Part shown: piece by piece, positions 1 through 9,393 of the stretch
How positions within the stretch are numbered: position 1 is the stretch's first letter
Layout of the letters: each line of letters starts with the position of its first letter
IMG/VR virus record: IMGVR_UViG_3300014204_000134
Location: 36,453-100,452 of that record
Direction: 5' to 3' (one strand)
From: a virus
Taxonomy: Duplodnaviria > Caudoviricetes
DNA: 64,000 nucleotides
Translations under genes and position numbers: made by a program
Notes under the pieces: generated by a model
Database searches by the model: none
Told to the model about the DNA's origin: nothing
What the model saw: the letters and a program-made list of their open reading frames with translations, nothing else

Positions 1-1
1 A

Positions 2-2518
2 AATATAAAATATGCAGAAGAAGAAACTTTTGATTTAAATTTAAAGACATACGATGAATTAGTAAATGCATTTAAAAAACAAGATGCCTTACCAGAAGAA
101 ATTTATCTTCAAGCAATTGAAAATACTAATCAATTATTAGATTTAGTGGAAGATTTTGAACTTGATACAACAAACAAATATCCTAGACTATATGAAAATG
201 CAGAAGAAATATTTAAAAAGAAAATTAATGAAGGTGTTATAAAAAGAAAAATAAACAATTATGATATCGAAGAAAGAAAGAAATACTTTAATAGAATTAA
301 AGAAGAACTTGAAGTATATAAAATATGTGATGCCATAGATTATATTTTACTACAAGAAAATATTACTTCTTGGGCAAGAGAAAATGGTATTGATCCAGGC
401 CCAGGTAGAGGATCGGTTACAGGTAGTGAAAACGCTTATATTTTAGGTGTAACTGATATGGATTCGATTAAACATAATTTAAACTTTACTCGATTTTTAA
501 ATCCTGATCGTATATCTTTATCGGACATAGATATAGACTACCCACCTTCACGGAGAAACGAAGTAATAGATTATGTAGCAAACATACCAGGAATATATTT
601 TTCTGAAATTGTAACTTTTAATACCATTAATTATAGGGGTGCTATAAGAGATACGGGGAGAGCATTAAATATACCTTTATCTGAAGTTGATGAAATAGCA
701 AAAAACTATGAGGGGAATGAAGATTATTACAGAAAGCAATATCCAGAATTATTTAAATATGTAGACTTACTTAAAGGAGTTAATGTTAGTATTGGTTCTC
801 ATCCTTCAGGATTTATTGTAAGTCCAATAAACATCGAAGAAAATATTGGAACATTTACAACTTCTACTTGTAGATACCCTGTTTCATGTTGTGATATGAA
901 AGCTGTAGATTCAATAAATTTTGTAAAATTAGATATTCTTGGACTTGACAATATTGAAATAATTAATGAAACATGTAAACTAGCAAATATTGAACGAGTT
1001 ACACCTGATAATGTTGATATTCATAATGATAAAGTATGGAATAGTATTAAAGAAAATGGATTATCAATATTTCAAATGGAAAGTAAATTTGCTCATGATT
1101 CACTATTAAAAGCATTAGAATCATATAATAAAATAAAAGAAACAAATAAAAATATTACTCGTATTGACTTGATGAGTATGGTAAATGGAGCAATACGTCC
1201 TTCTGGAGAATCTTTTAGAGATGCTTTAATTAGTGGTGAATTTAACAATAATGGTCATCCCGCATTAAATAATTTACTTTCAAATACACAAGGTTTTCTA
1301 GTATATCAAGAATCTATCATTCAATTTTTAGTTGAATTTTGTGGATTCACAGCAGCTCAAGCCGATTCTGTAAGGCGTAAAATAGGAAAAAAATTAGGTA
1401 CTGATGATGTTATTCCAGAAATTAAAGAACGATTTATTAAAACAATGCAGGATAAATATAATTTATCAAACAAAGAATTAGAAACAATTGTTGAACCATT
1501 TTTACAAATTATATCAGATGCTAGTTCATATGGGTTTTCACTAAATCATAGTCAACCATATTCATATATTGGTTATATTTGTGGATATTTACGTTATTAT
1601 TATCCCCTTGAGTTTCTTACAATAGTATTAAATATTAATAAAGATAATATTGAAAAAACAAGTGAAATAATTAAATATGCAAACTCTAAAAGCATTACCA
1701 TTCAACCAATTAAATTTCGCAAATCCCAAGCAAAATATTCAATGGATAAAGAAACAAATAGTATTTTTAAAGGTATCGAATCTATTAAATTTTGTAATTC
1801 TCAGATTGCCAAAGAACTCTACCAATTAAAAGATAATCAGTACAGTTCATTTATTAATCTTTTAATTGACATCGAAAATACTTCTTGTAACTCTCGACAA
1901 TTAGAAATTCTTATTACTCTTAACTTTTTTGATGAATTTAGTAATAACCAAAAACTATTAAACATTTATAATTTATTTAAAAAATTATACGGCAAAAAAC
2001 AAATCAAAAAAGAAAAAGTATTAGAACTAGGTATTGAAGAATCGACCGTTAAACAATATTCAAGAGAAACAGCAAAATCATATTTAGACGTTGATATAAT
2101 TGCCATACTTAAAGATTATGAAAATAAAATACCGAACGAATCAATTAATATTATTGATCAAATATCTTTTGAAAAAGAAAATCTCGGATATTCTCAAACT
2201 ACAATACCACAAATAAATAATAATATTTTCATCGTTGTAAATACAAATTTAAAATACACTCCTGTAGTAACTATATATTGTCTTCAAAATGGAGCAGAAG
2301 AAAAATATAAAATACCAAAAAAATATTTTAATCAAAAAGAAAAAATATTAGACATTGGTTCTATTATTGCAGTTTCCAAAAAAGAAAAGCGTCCAAGATA
2401 TAGAAAGACTGAAAATGGATTTGAGAAAATATCTGGAGAGTTTGAAGGTTATATCACGGACTATTATATTGCTTCAACAGACAAACTCAACAATTACATC
2501 AAAACTCTAACCCCATAA
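2..2518 (+). CDS. dnaE: DNA polymerase III alpha subunit (C-family, phage-encoded); 5'-partial
   Basis: GPGRGS, DIDID, HPSG, KLDILGL, IFQMES, YQE and YGFSLNHS motifs. Frame is open from base 2, so the gene starts upstream of the window. Confidence 0.95.
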   Translation, partial: NIKYAEEETFDLNLKTYDELVNAFKKQDALPEEIYLQAIENTNQLLDLVEDFELDTTNKYPRLYENAEEIFKKKINEGVIKRKINNYDIEERKKYFNRIKEELEVYKICDAIDYILLQENITSWARENGIDPGPGRGSVTGSENAYILGVTDMDSIKHNLNFTRFLNPDRISLSDIDIDYPPSRRNEVIDYVANIPGIYFSEIVTFNTINYRGAIRDTGRALNIPLSEVDEIAKNYEGNEDYYRKQYPELFKYVDLLKGVNVSIGSHPSGFIVSPINIEENIGTFTTSTCRYPVSCCDMKAVDSINFVKLDILGLDNIEIINETCKLANIERVTPDNVDIHNDKVWNSIKENGLSIFQMESKFAHDSLLKALESYNKIKETNKNITRIDLMSMVNGAIRPSGESFRDALISGEFNNNGHPALNNLLSNTQGFLVYQESIIQFLVEFCGFTAAQADSVRRKIGKKLGTDDVIPEIKERFIKTMQDKYNLSNKELETIVEPFLQIISDASSYGFSLNHSQPYSYIGYICGYLRYYYPLEFLTIVLNINKDNIEKTSEIIKYANSKSITIQPIKFRKSQAKYSMDKETNSIFKGIESIKFCNSQIAKELYQLKDNQYSSFINLLIDIENTSCNSRQLEILITLNFFDEFSNNQKLLNIYNLFKKLYGKKQIKKEKVLELGIEESTVKQYSRETAKSYLDVDIIAILKDYENKIPNESINIIDQISFEKENLGYSQTTIPQINNNIFIVVNTNLKYTPVVTIYCLQNGAEEKYKIPKKYFNQKEKILDIGSIIAVSKKEKRPRYRKTENGFEKISGEFEGYITDYYIASTDKLNNYIKTLTP

Positions 2519-2654
2519 AAAAATAAGCAGGATTTTCTCCCGCAAGAATAATATGTAATCGCATTTATGTTTATACAAAAAAATTGGCAGACATAGAGGG
2601 TGTCTGCGCTTTTGCGGAAATGTGAAGTGTTATGTTAATTTAATTATTACCATA
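2519..2654 (-). ncRNA. putative small RNA convergent with dnaE 3' end
   Basis: Minus-strand promoter upstream; internal hairpin GCAGACA-CCCTCTA-TGTCTGC; terminal GCGGGA-GAAAA-TCCTGC plus U-tract; no ORF. Confidence 0.45.
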
Positions 2655-2659
2655 AATTA

Positions 2660-2688
2660 AATATAATATACTTTAAATTAATTGTCAA
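2660..2688 (-). promoter_or_regulatory. sigma-A-type promoter for the putative sRNA
   Basis: TTGACA-17 nt-TATATT on the minus strand. Confidence 0.5.
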
Positions 2689-2730
2689 TATATTTATGAA
2701 AATAAATTAAAAAAATTTAGGAGTGATTTA

Positions 2731-3216
2731 TTGCGTTCTATATGTTTTGATCAATCAACATCAATTATTGGATGGTCAGTATTTGACAATAAAAATCTAA
2801 TAGACTATGGTCTTCAAGATTTTAAAAAAATAAAAAATACAGATCAAAGAATATCAGAAATTAAAAAATGGATGAATAATATCATAAAGGAAAAACAAGC
2901 AGAAGTATTTGCAATAGAAGACATTCAATATCAGGGCATGATTAATGCTTATAGATCATTAGCAGAATTAATAGGAGTAATCAAATCTCACTTTTATGAT
3001 AACAATTATGCCTACATAATAGTTAAAAATGGAGAATGGAAAAAACATTGTAATATCAAAGGTAGAAAAAGAGATGAGCAAAAGGCAAATGCTCAAAAGT
3101 TTATTAAAAACAAATATAATATAGAAGTCAGTCAAGATGTGGCAGATGCCATTTGTATTGGTGAATATTTAGTAAATAAAATACTTAAATTTCCAGACGT
3201 AGGACAAACCAACTGA
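2731..3216 (+). CDS. ruvC: RuvC-like Holliday junction resolvase
   Basis: RNase H-fold catalytic pattern FDQST..GW, AIED, DVADAICIG; RBS AGGAG before TTG. Confidence 0.8.
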   Translation: MRSICFDQSTSIIGWSVFDNKNLIDYGLQDFKKIKNTDQRISEIKKWMNNIIKEKQAEVFAIEDIQYQGMINAYRSLAELIGVIKSHFYDNNYAYIIVKNGEWKKHCNIKGRKRDEQKANAQKFIKNKYNIEVSQDVADAICIGEYLVNKILKFPDVGQTN

Positions 3217-3242
3217 TGAATATAATATTTTGAGGTGATTTA

Positions 3243-3371
3243 ATGAATAATTTAAATAAATATAAATTAAGCCTTATTTTCCTAAAAAATTTACTTAATG
3301 ATAAATTAATTACACAACAAGAATTTGACCTATCAAACAATGATTTAAAAACAATATATAACGTTAGTTAG
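3243..3371 (+). CDS. small SHOCT-like protein (42 aa) upstream of serine recombinase
   Basis: RBS GAGGTG; MNNLNKYKLSLIFLKNLLNDKLITQQEFD... resembles the short helical proteins found before large serine recombinases; not in ORF track. Confidence 0.6.
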   Translation: MNNLNKYKLSLIFLKNLLNDKLITQQEFDLSNNDLKTIYNVS

Positions 3372-3377
3372 TTTCAA

Positions 3378-3415
3378 TAGGAAGAAGTTGCTTATAAAAC
3401 TTCTTCCTAATTTTT
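3378..3415 (+). terminator. intrinsic terminator-like hairpin
   Basis: TAGGAAGAAGTT...AACTTCTTCCTA followed by T-tract. Confidence 0.55.
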
Positions 3416-3434
3416 GTTTATAATTTGATTCATA

Positions 3435-3463
3435 TTGACTATAACTTTATAAAAAAGTATAAT
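3435..3463 (+). promoter_or_regulatory. sigma-A-type promoter of serine recombinase
   Basis: TTGACT-17 nt-TATAAT. Confidence 0.65.
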
Positions 3464-3489
3464 TATTTAAAAATTTAGGAAGTGAAAAC

Positions 3490-5184
3490 ATGGAGCTATT
3501 AAATTTTCCTAATTATAAATTCAACGATACTATACGAGTTGCAGCATATTGTAGAGTATCGTCTGATAGTGAAGATCAAATTAATTCCTTTAATAATCAA
3601 AAACAATATTATAATGAATTATTTTTAAAATATAAAAATGTTACATTTATAGATTTGTTTGCGGACGAGGGCATTTCAGGTACGAGCACATTAAAAAGAC
3701 TTGATTTTAATCGTATGATAAAAGATGCCGAAGACAATAAGTTTGATTTAATATATACAAAAGAAGTATCAAGATTTGCTAGAAATACAATTGATACTTT
3801 AAAATATACAAGAAAATTAAAAGAGTTTGGAGTAGGCGTATATTTTGAAACTGATAATATTTTTACCTTAGATAATGATGGCGAATTAAGACTTACAATA
3901 ATGGCAACATTGGCGCAGGAAGAAAGCAGAAAAATAAGTATGCGTACTAAATGGGGTTTAAAACAAGCAATGAAAAAAGGAATTGTTTTTGGTAATGATA
4001 AAATATTAGGATTAAATATTGTAGATAAAAAAATTACAATAAATGAACAAGAAGCAATTTATATAAAAAATATTTTTCAATGGGTCAAAGAAGGAAAAAG
4101 TATTATGGGAATTATAAAACAGTTAAAAATAGATGGATTAAAATGTGGAAAATTAGGAGGAAAACTTACTCATACTAGTCTTAAACAAATGTTAAGAAAC
4201 GAAAAATATTGTGGAGATTTAATTCAACATAAAAATATTACTGAAGATTATTTAACACATAAAAAGACAAAAAATGAAAATAAAGATTCATTTGTAATAA
4301 TAAGAAATAATCATCCAGTAATAATTGATCGTAAAACTTGGAATGAAGTACAATTAATATTAGACGCAAAAGAAGAAAAATTTAAAAACGGGATAGGTTA
4401 TTCTAAATATGTTTGGGGTGGAAAAATAATTTGTAATTGTTGCGGAGGCATATATAGAAGGACTTCCTATAAGAATCCAAATGGTAAAAGACATTATATT
4501 TGGAAATGTCGTACATCTTCTGAAGAAGGTAAAACAGTTTGTTCAAATACAAGATATATAAGAGAAGACATTCTAGAAAAAATATTAATGGATATATTTA
4601 AAAATATCATTTCTAATGATGATAAAAATGAAGTACTACAAAACCTAATTAATATATTAGAAAAAAACATTCAAAACTCTAATGTATCTCAAGAAATAGA
4701 AACTGTAAAAAAACAATTAAATCAAATACTTATTAAAAAAAGCAAACTATTAGATTTATATATGGATGACAATTCTACTTTAACTAAAGAAAATTATAAT
4801 ATTAAAAATGAAGAATATATTAATATTGAAAATGAATTAAAAAACACCCTTAATGAACTAGAAAATATGAACCAATTAGTAGAAAACAAAAAAAACAAAT
4901 TAGAAAAATTTTACTTTATTATAAAAAAGAAAATAGAGTTTACTGATTTTAATAAAGATTTAATTGAAGAGTTTTTAGAAAAAATTGTTGTTAATGAGAA
5001 CAAATTATTAAAAATATTTTTAATTAATGATAAATATGAAGTAGATTTATCAAATAAATATGATGAAAAAATAATCCTAAACCACCATGAAAGGCAGGTT
5101 TCATTGCCTAATAGGATTAATTTATATAATATAATGTCATATAATGGTAATAATTATGACATTGAAATATATCTATATGCATAG
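3490..5184 (+). CDS. large serine recombinase (phage integrase)
   Basis: VAAYCRVSS catalytic motif, DEGISGT, SRFARN, recombinase domain, CxxCG...WKC...C zinc ribbon, C-terminal coiled coil. Confidence 0.93.
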   Translation: MELLNFPNYKFNDTIRVAAYCRVSSDSEDQINSFNNQKQYYNELFLKYKNVTFIDLFADEGISGTSTLKRLDFNRMIKDAEDNKFDLIYTKEVSRFARNTIDTLKYTRKLKEFGVGVYFETDNIFTLDNDGELRLTIMATLAQEESRKISMRTKWGLKQAMKKGIVFGNDKILGLNIVDKKITINEQEAIYIKNIFQWVKEGKSIMGIIKQLKIDGLKCGKLGGKLTHTSLKQMLRNEKYCGDLIQHKNITEDYLTHKKTKNENKDSFVIIRNNHPVIIDRKTWNEVQLILDAKEEKFKNGIGYSKYVWGGKIICNCCGGIYRRTSYKNPNGKRHYIWKCRTSSEEGKTVCSNTRYIREDILEKILMDIFKNIISNDDKNEVLQNLINILEKNIQNSNVSQEIETVKKQLNQILIKKSKLLDLYMDDNSTLTKENYNIKNEEYINIENELKNTLNELENMNQLVENKKNKLEKFYFIIKKKIEFTDFNKDLIEEFLEKIVVNENKLLKIFLINDKYEVDLSNKYDEKIILNHHERQVSLPNRINLYNIMSYNGNNYDIEIYLYA

Positions 5185-5196
5185 ACAATAGAAATA

Positions 5197-5252
5197 TTTT
5201 ATATTTGATTATAATAAAGCAAGAATAAATTTTATTATAATCAAATATAAAA
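5197..5252. repeat. perfect 22-bp inverted repeat with 12-bp core; candidate attP
   Basis: TTTTATATTTGATTATAATAAA-gcaagaataaat-TTTATTATAATCAAATATAAAA, 12 bp after the integrase stop. Confidence 0.6.
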
Positions 5253-5386
5253 TTTACCTACTTGTTAAAAATAGGTTATTTTTTGTAATTTTTTAATTAT
5301 TTTATAAATAATTATTGATTATTTAGTTTAAAAAGAATAAAATATAGAAAGAATATTAAAATGAAAATAAAACGGAGGTGTTCTTT

Positions 5387-6607
5387 ATGGAAGATAAGTT
5401 AGAAGGACAAGAGAATCAAGAAGGACAAGGATTGTTTGAGAAATATACGGAAGAGAAAAAGGAAAGGGGTAGACCAAAGATTTTGAAGGATGAACCAAAG
5501 TTTATTGAAGGTGAAGGATGGGAACTGCACGATATAACTCCTTTATACCGTAATGGAGAATTAGTTAAATATTTTTGTTCTGTTCCGATTAATACTCTAG
5601 CAGAAATGAGGTTATCAAATAATATTGTTTATAATGAAAAAGTACAACGTGGAACTAAATTAGATAATAAGGGTAACATTGTCGAAATATTCCAAAGAAA
5701 AAAAGTCAAAGAAATTTATAAAGCATTAGCAGAAGATCGTCTTCATGGTAGTGTAATTACACTTAATGCTAATAAAGATACGGGAATACAACTAAATTAT
5801 GATAAAGAAACTGGTGTATTATCAGGAAATAAACCACTTGATCTCTTGGATGGCAATCATAGAATTAAGGCGATGGTAAAATTTTACAGTGATTATCATA
5901 AAGGAAGTAAAAATACTGGAAGTATTAATCCTGAAATGTGGGAAATCCCACTTGTTATTGAGAATTTAAGCGAGGCAGATAGCTGTGCACTCTTCAGTGA
6001 GTATAGCTTAACTCCTCTAAAAGTTTCCAGAACTAGAGGATTATTCCTAAATGTGTATAATGCTGGAAATATGATTGTAAGACACCTAATGAAAAATGAA
6101 TTAAGAGGTAGAATTGACTGTATTAATGTAGGATTAAGAAATGAGTATGTTGCTACTTTTGGAACACTTACTAATGCTATTAATGCATATCTTCAACCTG
6201 CAACACCACAAGAAGCAGAAAATTACAAGAATTATATAAGTGATTTCTTTAAAATTCTTATAAATACTTTCCCTAGAGCATTTGGAGAAGTATCAAAAGA
6301 AGAAAGAAAAGAAGTTAGAAGTAAGTACTTTGTTATCGAACCAATATTTATGAATGCTTATATATTTTTACTGAAGAATCTTATTGGCAAAGATGATTGG
6401 GAGGGTAAAATCAGCAAACTAAAAGATATAATACAAATTGATGGGTGGTCTGGAGAATTACTATCCAGAGAAAACCCATATTTTGTCAACAACATTACTA
6501 GAGGACAAGGAAAAATGGTTTCGACACGTAGTACTAGTAAACTTGTGGCTGATTCTATAGTGAATTATATCTTGCATGGAGTTTTGACCGATAAACTTGA
6601 AGGATAG
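5387..6607 (+). CDS. DGQHR/DndB-like (ParB-superfamily) DNA-binding protein
   Basis: N..QRG and LLDGNHR motifs; N-terminal RGRPK AT-hook-like motif; ATG 5387 follows GGAGGTG RBS. Confidence 0.7.
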   Translation: MEDKLEGQENQEGQGLFEKYTEEKKERGRPKILKDEPKFIEGEGWELHDITPLYRNGELVKYFCSVPINTLAEMRLSNNIVYNEKVQRGTKLDNKGNIVEIFQRKKVKEIYKALAEDRLHGSVITLNANKDTGIQLNYDKETGVLSGNKPLDLLDGNHRIKAMVKFYSDYHKGSKNTGSINPEMWEIPLVIENLSEADSCALFSEYSLTPLKVSRTRGLFLNVYNAGNMIVRHLMKNELRGRIDCINVGLRNEYVATFGTLTNAINAYLQPATPQEAENYKNYISDFFKILINTFPRAFGEVSKEERKEVRSKYFVIEPIFMNAYIFLLKNLIGKDDWEGKISKLKDIIQIDGWSGELLSRENPYFVNNITRGQGKMVSTRSTSKLVADSIVNYILHGVLTDKLEG

Positions 6608-6610
6608 TAA

Positions 6611-6640
6611 AAAGGGGAGTACCACTTAGGTACTCCCTTA
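6611..6640. terminator. bidirectional terminator between convergent gene blocks
   Basis: GGGAGTACC-ACTTA-GGTACTCCC stem with flanking A/T runs. Confidence 0.7.
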
Positions 6641-6642
6641 AA

Positions 6643-7845
6643 TTATATTATATTTTTAAATTCTCCTTTAAACCATCTTTCTTTAAATTCATAAAATTGT
6701 TCTGGTGTAGTATTACCGTCTTTTTTATAAATTGCATGAAATAAATTATGTACTCTATCACAAAGACATACACCAAGAGGATATTTATAATGAATTTCTA
6801 AACATTTATTTTCTAATAATTTTAATTCTTCGTCAGTATATTCGTTTATAGTTTTATAAGTTAAAAAATCAAGCTCTAAAATTGTTTCTTTAACTATTTC
6901 AGCAAAAGAATGTAAATGATGAATTACATTAAATTTTTCACCAGTTATAATACATTTATAATTACAATATTTCATACTATCTTTCTTCCATTGTTTAATT
7001 TTATTTCTTAAATACTCTAATAAAGGAGTAATACCACCTTTCCAATGTCGAGACTTATCTCCAGAATAATATTCAACCATACAATAATGACATCCAAATC
7101 CATATAATTCTAAGCTTTTTAATGAAACCTTTTGAACACCTTTATCTTTATGTTTTTCACATATAAATTCATTTGATAAAGAACTTTTAGCATAATTATC
7201 TTTATTTACAAGAATTAATCCATGTGCTTTATAACGTTCATCTACATAATCAGAATTAAATTTTAATCTTTTGGAAATTGCTTCACTATTACATTTTTTA
7301 CAAGGATTATCTTGTTTATGTAAATTCCATAATAAAATATCTTGAACACCATATTCAGGATGTAAATCACAAATAAAGTTATATTGCAATTTTTGTGTCA
7401 TTATATTTTTATATTCATATTCATCTAAAAGTAAAGAACAATTTTTATTTTTAAACATTTTTACTAATTCTTCATACGGTGTCTTTTTTATATCTGACAT
7501 TTTCTTTTTATATTGTTCTGTATACATTGAATATTCAACACCATATTTATTTAAACAACTTTCTCTATTTTTCTTTGGTTGACAATCCCAACAACAATCT
7601 TTTTTAATAGTATTTTTTTCTTTTAAATTTCTATAATTATTATATTTTTTAACAATTATCGTTTCTTTTCCCTCTTCTAAACAATAATCACATAAGATTT
7701 CAATTTCAGCAGTACATCCTTTTGTTACTTCTTCTATTTTTACTTCAAACTCATCATCTTTTTTAGTAAATTTATATCCTTTGGATTCATAATGTTTTCT
7801 ATTTTTCCCACACCATTTAACCATTACAGTTTTACTTTTTAACAT
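6643..7845 (-). CDS. free-standing HNH-type (homing) endonuclease
   Basis: C-terminal C..TG...IHHL...GVCLC..VH..FH..Y..GN pattern; several CxxC modules. Confidence 0.75.
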   Translation of the reverse strand: MLKSKTVMVKWCGKNRKHYESKGYKFTKKDDEFEVKIEEVTKGCTAEIEILCDYCLEEGKETIIVKKYNNYRNLKEKNTIKKDCCWDCQPKKNRESCLNKYGVEYSMYTEQYKKKMSDIKKTPYEELVKMFKNKNCSLLLDEYEYKNIMTQKLQYNFICDLHPEYGVQDILLWNLHKQDNPCKKCNSEAISKRLKFNSDYVDERYKAHGLILVNKDNYAKSSLSNEFICEKHKDKGVQKVSLKSLELYGFGCHYCMVEYYSGDKSRHWKGGITPLLEYLRNKIKQWKKDSMKYCNYKCIITGEKFNVIHHLHSFAEIVKETILELDFLTYKTINEYTDEELKLLENKCLEIHYKYPLGVCLCDRVHNLFHAIYKKDGNTTPEQFYEFKERWFKGEFKNII

Positions 7846-7965
7846 CCATCAACCATCTCCTCACAGCAAATTTACCCCACAGAAAAATAAATAAAAAAGA
7901 GAGTGCTCTGTGAGGACAACACTCTCTTTTCTCTAAGCACGACTGATCGGGTCGTACAATTTTAT
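7846..7965 (-). promoter_or_regulatory. structured leader element E1 (anti-RBS loop)
   Basis: Two hairpins; loop TCCTCACAG complementary to downstream CTGTGAGGA RBS. Confidence 0.6.
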
Positions 7966-7978
7966 ATTAATTTAATAT

Positions 7979-8335
7979 TTAACCTTCTGTATTACTATCT
8001 GTATTATCTGTAGTAGTTATATTTTTCTTCTGCAACGCATCATAAGATTCCATACTTACACCAGCTAAAATCAATCCATTAATACTTGCTAAAAATATAT
8101 CTAAATTACTAGCTATTTGACCATTAAAATTTAACACAGAGAACAAAATGCTCTCACTCAATAATACAACCCATAACTTTGTAGGAAAACTATCTACTTC
8201 ATATTTAAAATAACTACAAATTTTCTTGAATAATAAATCTAATGCACCTTTGGAAAACTGAGTTATAACCATAATTGCTGCAACCATTCCTGCTATACTA
8301 CTTAAGGTTTCTAAAGTAAAAAATTGACCATCCAT
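7979..8335 (-). CDS. putative holin
   Basis: Three hydrophobic segments, 118 aa, directly downstream of amidase. Confidence 0.6.
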   Translation of the reverse strand: MDGQFFTLETLSSIAGMVAAIMVITQFSKGALDLLFKKICSYFKYEVDSFPTKLWVVLLSESILFSVLNFNGQIASNLDIFLASINGLILAGVSMESYDALQKKNITTTDNTDSNTEG

Positions 8336-8360
8336 ATTATAACCTCCTTATTTAACTACT

Positions 8361-9068
8361 TTATTTTGCCATCCTTGATAGCATTACCCAAAATAACCAC
8401 TGAGGAGTAGCAAGAGAAACATTACTAATATGTGATTCAGGATTTTGAATAAGTGGTTTTCCATTAATGTCTAAAATTTGAGTTAATTTATTAATTGCTT
8501 CTGCACCTTTTTGTCCCATCCAATCTTCATAAACGGGCATTGACATATCATCACCACCGATTAATAAAATTTCTGTTCTTACATCATTAACAAAATCATC
8601 CCAAGTTTTACCATGTTGTTGAAAATAACCTATAGGATCGGTATGATCTGTTTCATGCCAAGTTTCACTAACCCAAGCATGAGTATTTAGTTGATTAATA
8701 TTTGTAGGATCAAAACTATATCTAATACAAATATCTACTGTTAACCATATTGTTCTATTCCATGTTTCTTGAAATTTTGTTTCATCGGAAAAATTACACA
8801 TCTCAATCGACAAGAAACGAATATTAGCAGATTTACAACCATGCCATGCAGTTAAATTTTCAGGTAATATTTGAGTAATAGAATCATAATCTACAAAATA
8901 ATGTGCTGAAGCACCACGATCTGCATTATGAAAATATGTATTTTCGTTAGTATCACTCGCATCAGGAGTTGCAGTTTCATGAATTGTTAAACCAATAGGA
9001 CTTAAAGTAGTTCCTGAATGATTTAATCCATCTGGTAAAAAATCTTGAATTATACTATATCCTTGAAT
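8361..9068 (-). CDS. N-acetylmuramoyl-L-alanine amidase (Amidase_2 endolysin); probable ATT start
   Basis: Frame extends upstream of 8813 through IHETAT, ASAHYFVD and AWH to an ATT at 9068 behind AGGTGA; also SIEMC and H..H.DP motifs. Confidence 0.85.
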   Translation of the reverse strand: MQGYSIIQDFLPDGLNHSGTTLSPIGLTIHETATPDASDTNENTYFHNADRGASAHYFVDYDSITQILPENLTAWHGCKSANIRFLSIEMCNFSDETKFQETWNRTIWLTVDICIRYSFDPTNINQLNTHAWVSETWHETDHTDPIGYFQQHGKTWDDFVNDVRTEILLIGGDDMSMPVYEDWMGQKGAEAINKLTQILDINGKPLIQNPESHISNVSLATPQWLFWVMLSRMAK

Positions 9069-9381
9069 CTAAATCACCTACTTGTTGGTTGGTATTATTT
9101 GTAGTTGTATTTATATTATTTTGATTTGTCCCTATAGTTGAAACCCCACCATATCCACTATTTCGACTATAATAACTACTAAAACCATAAGCAATAGAAC
9201 CTACTCCATTAATACCTGCTACATAAAAGGCAATCCCTTTTATTAAATCTACATAAACAGCATCTATTGGTTGATTTGTAGCATAACGATATGTTATATA
9301 TGCAAAACCAATTATAAAACAAATCATTAACCCACTAATTTTCATTTCATCTGCTGATAAAAAATTTCTCAATCCATTCAC
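9055..9381 (-). CDS. holin-like membrane protein
   Basis: Two hydrophobic segments; in lysis cassette. Confidence 0.5.
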   Translation of the reverse strand: MNGLRNFLSADEMKISGLMICFIIGFAYITYRYATNQPIDAVYVDLIKGIAFYVAGINGVGSIAYGFSSYYSRNSGYGGVSTIGTNQNNINTTTNNTNQQVGDLDSRI

Positions 9382-9393
9382 ATTTTCACCAAC

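Noticed and set aside
2-2518. Intein or intron in dnaE (also checked terL)
   Set aside because: Motifs are continuous with no intein-like C/S...HN block or interruption in the visible part.
5387-6607. Complete Dnd phosphorothioation system
   Set aside because: Only a DndB-like gene; no dndA/C/D/E in the window.
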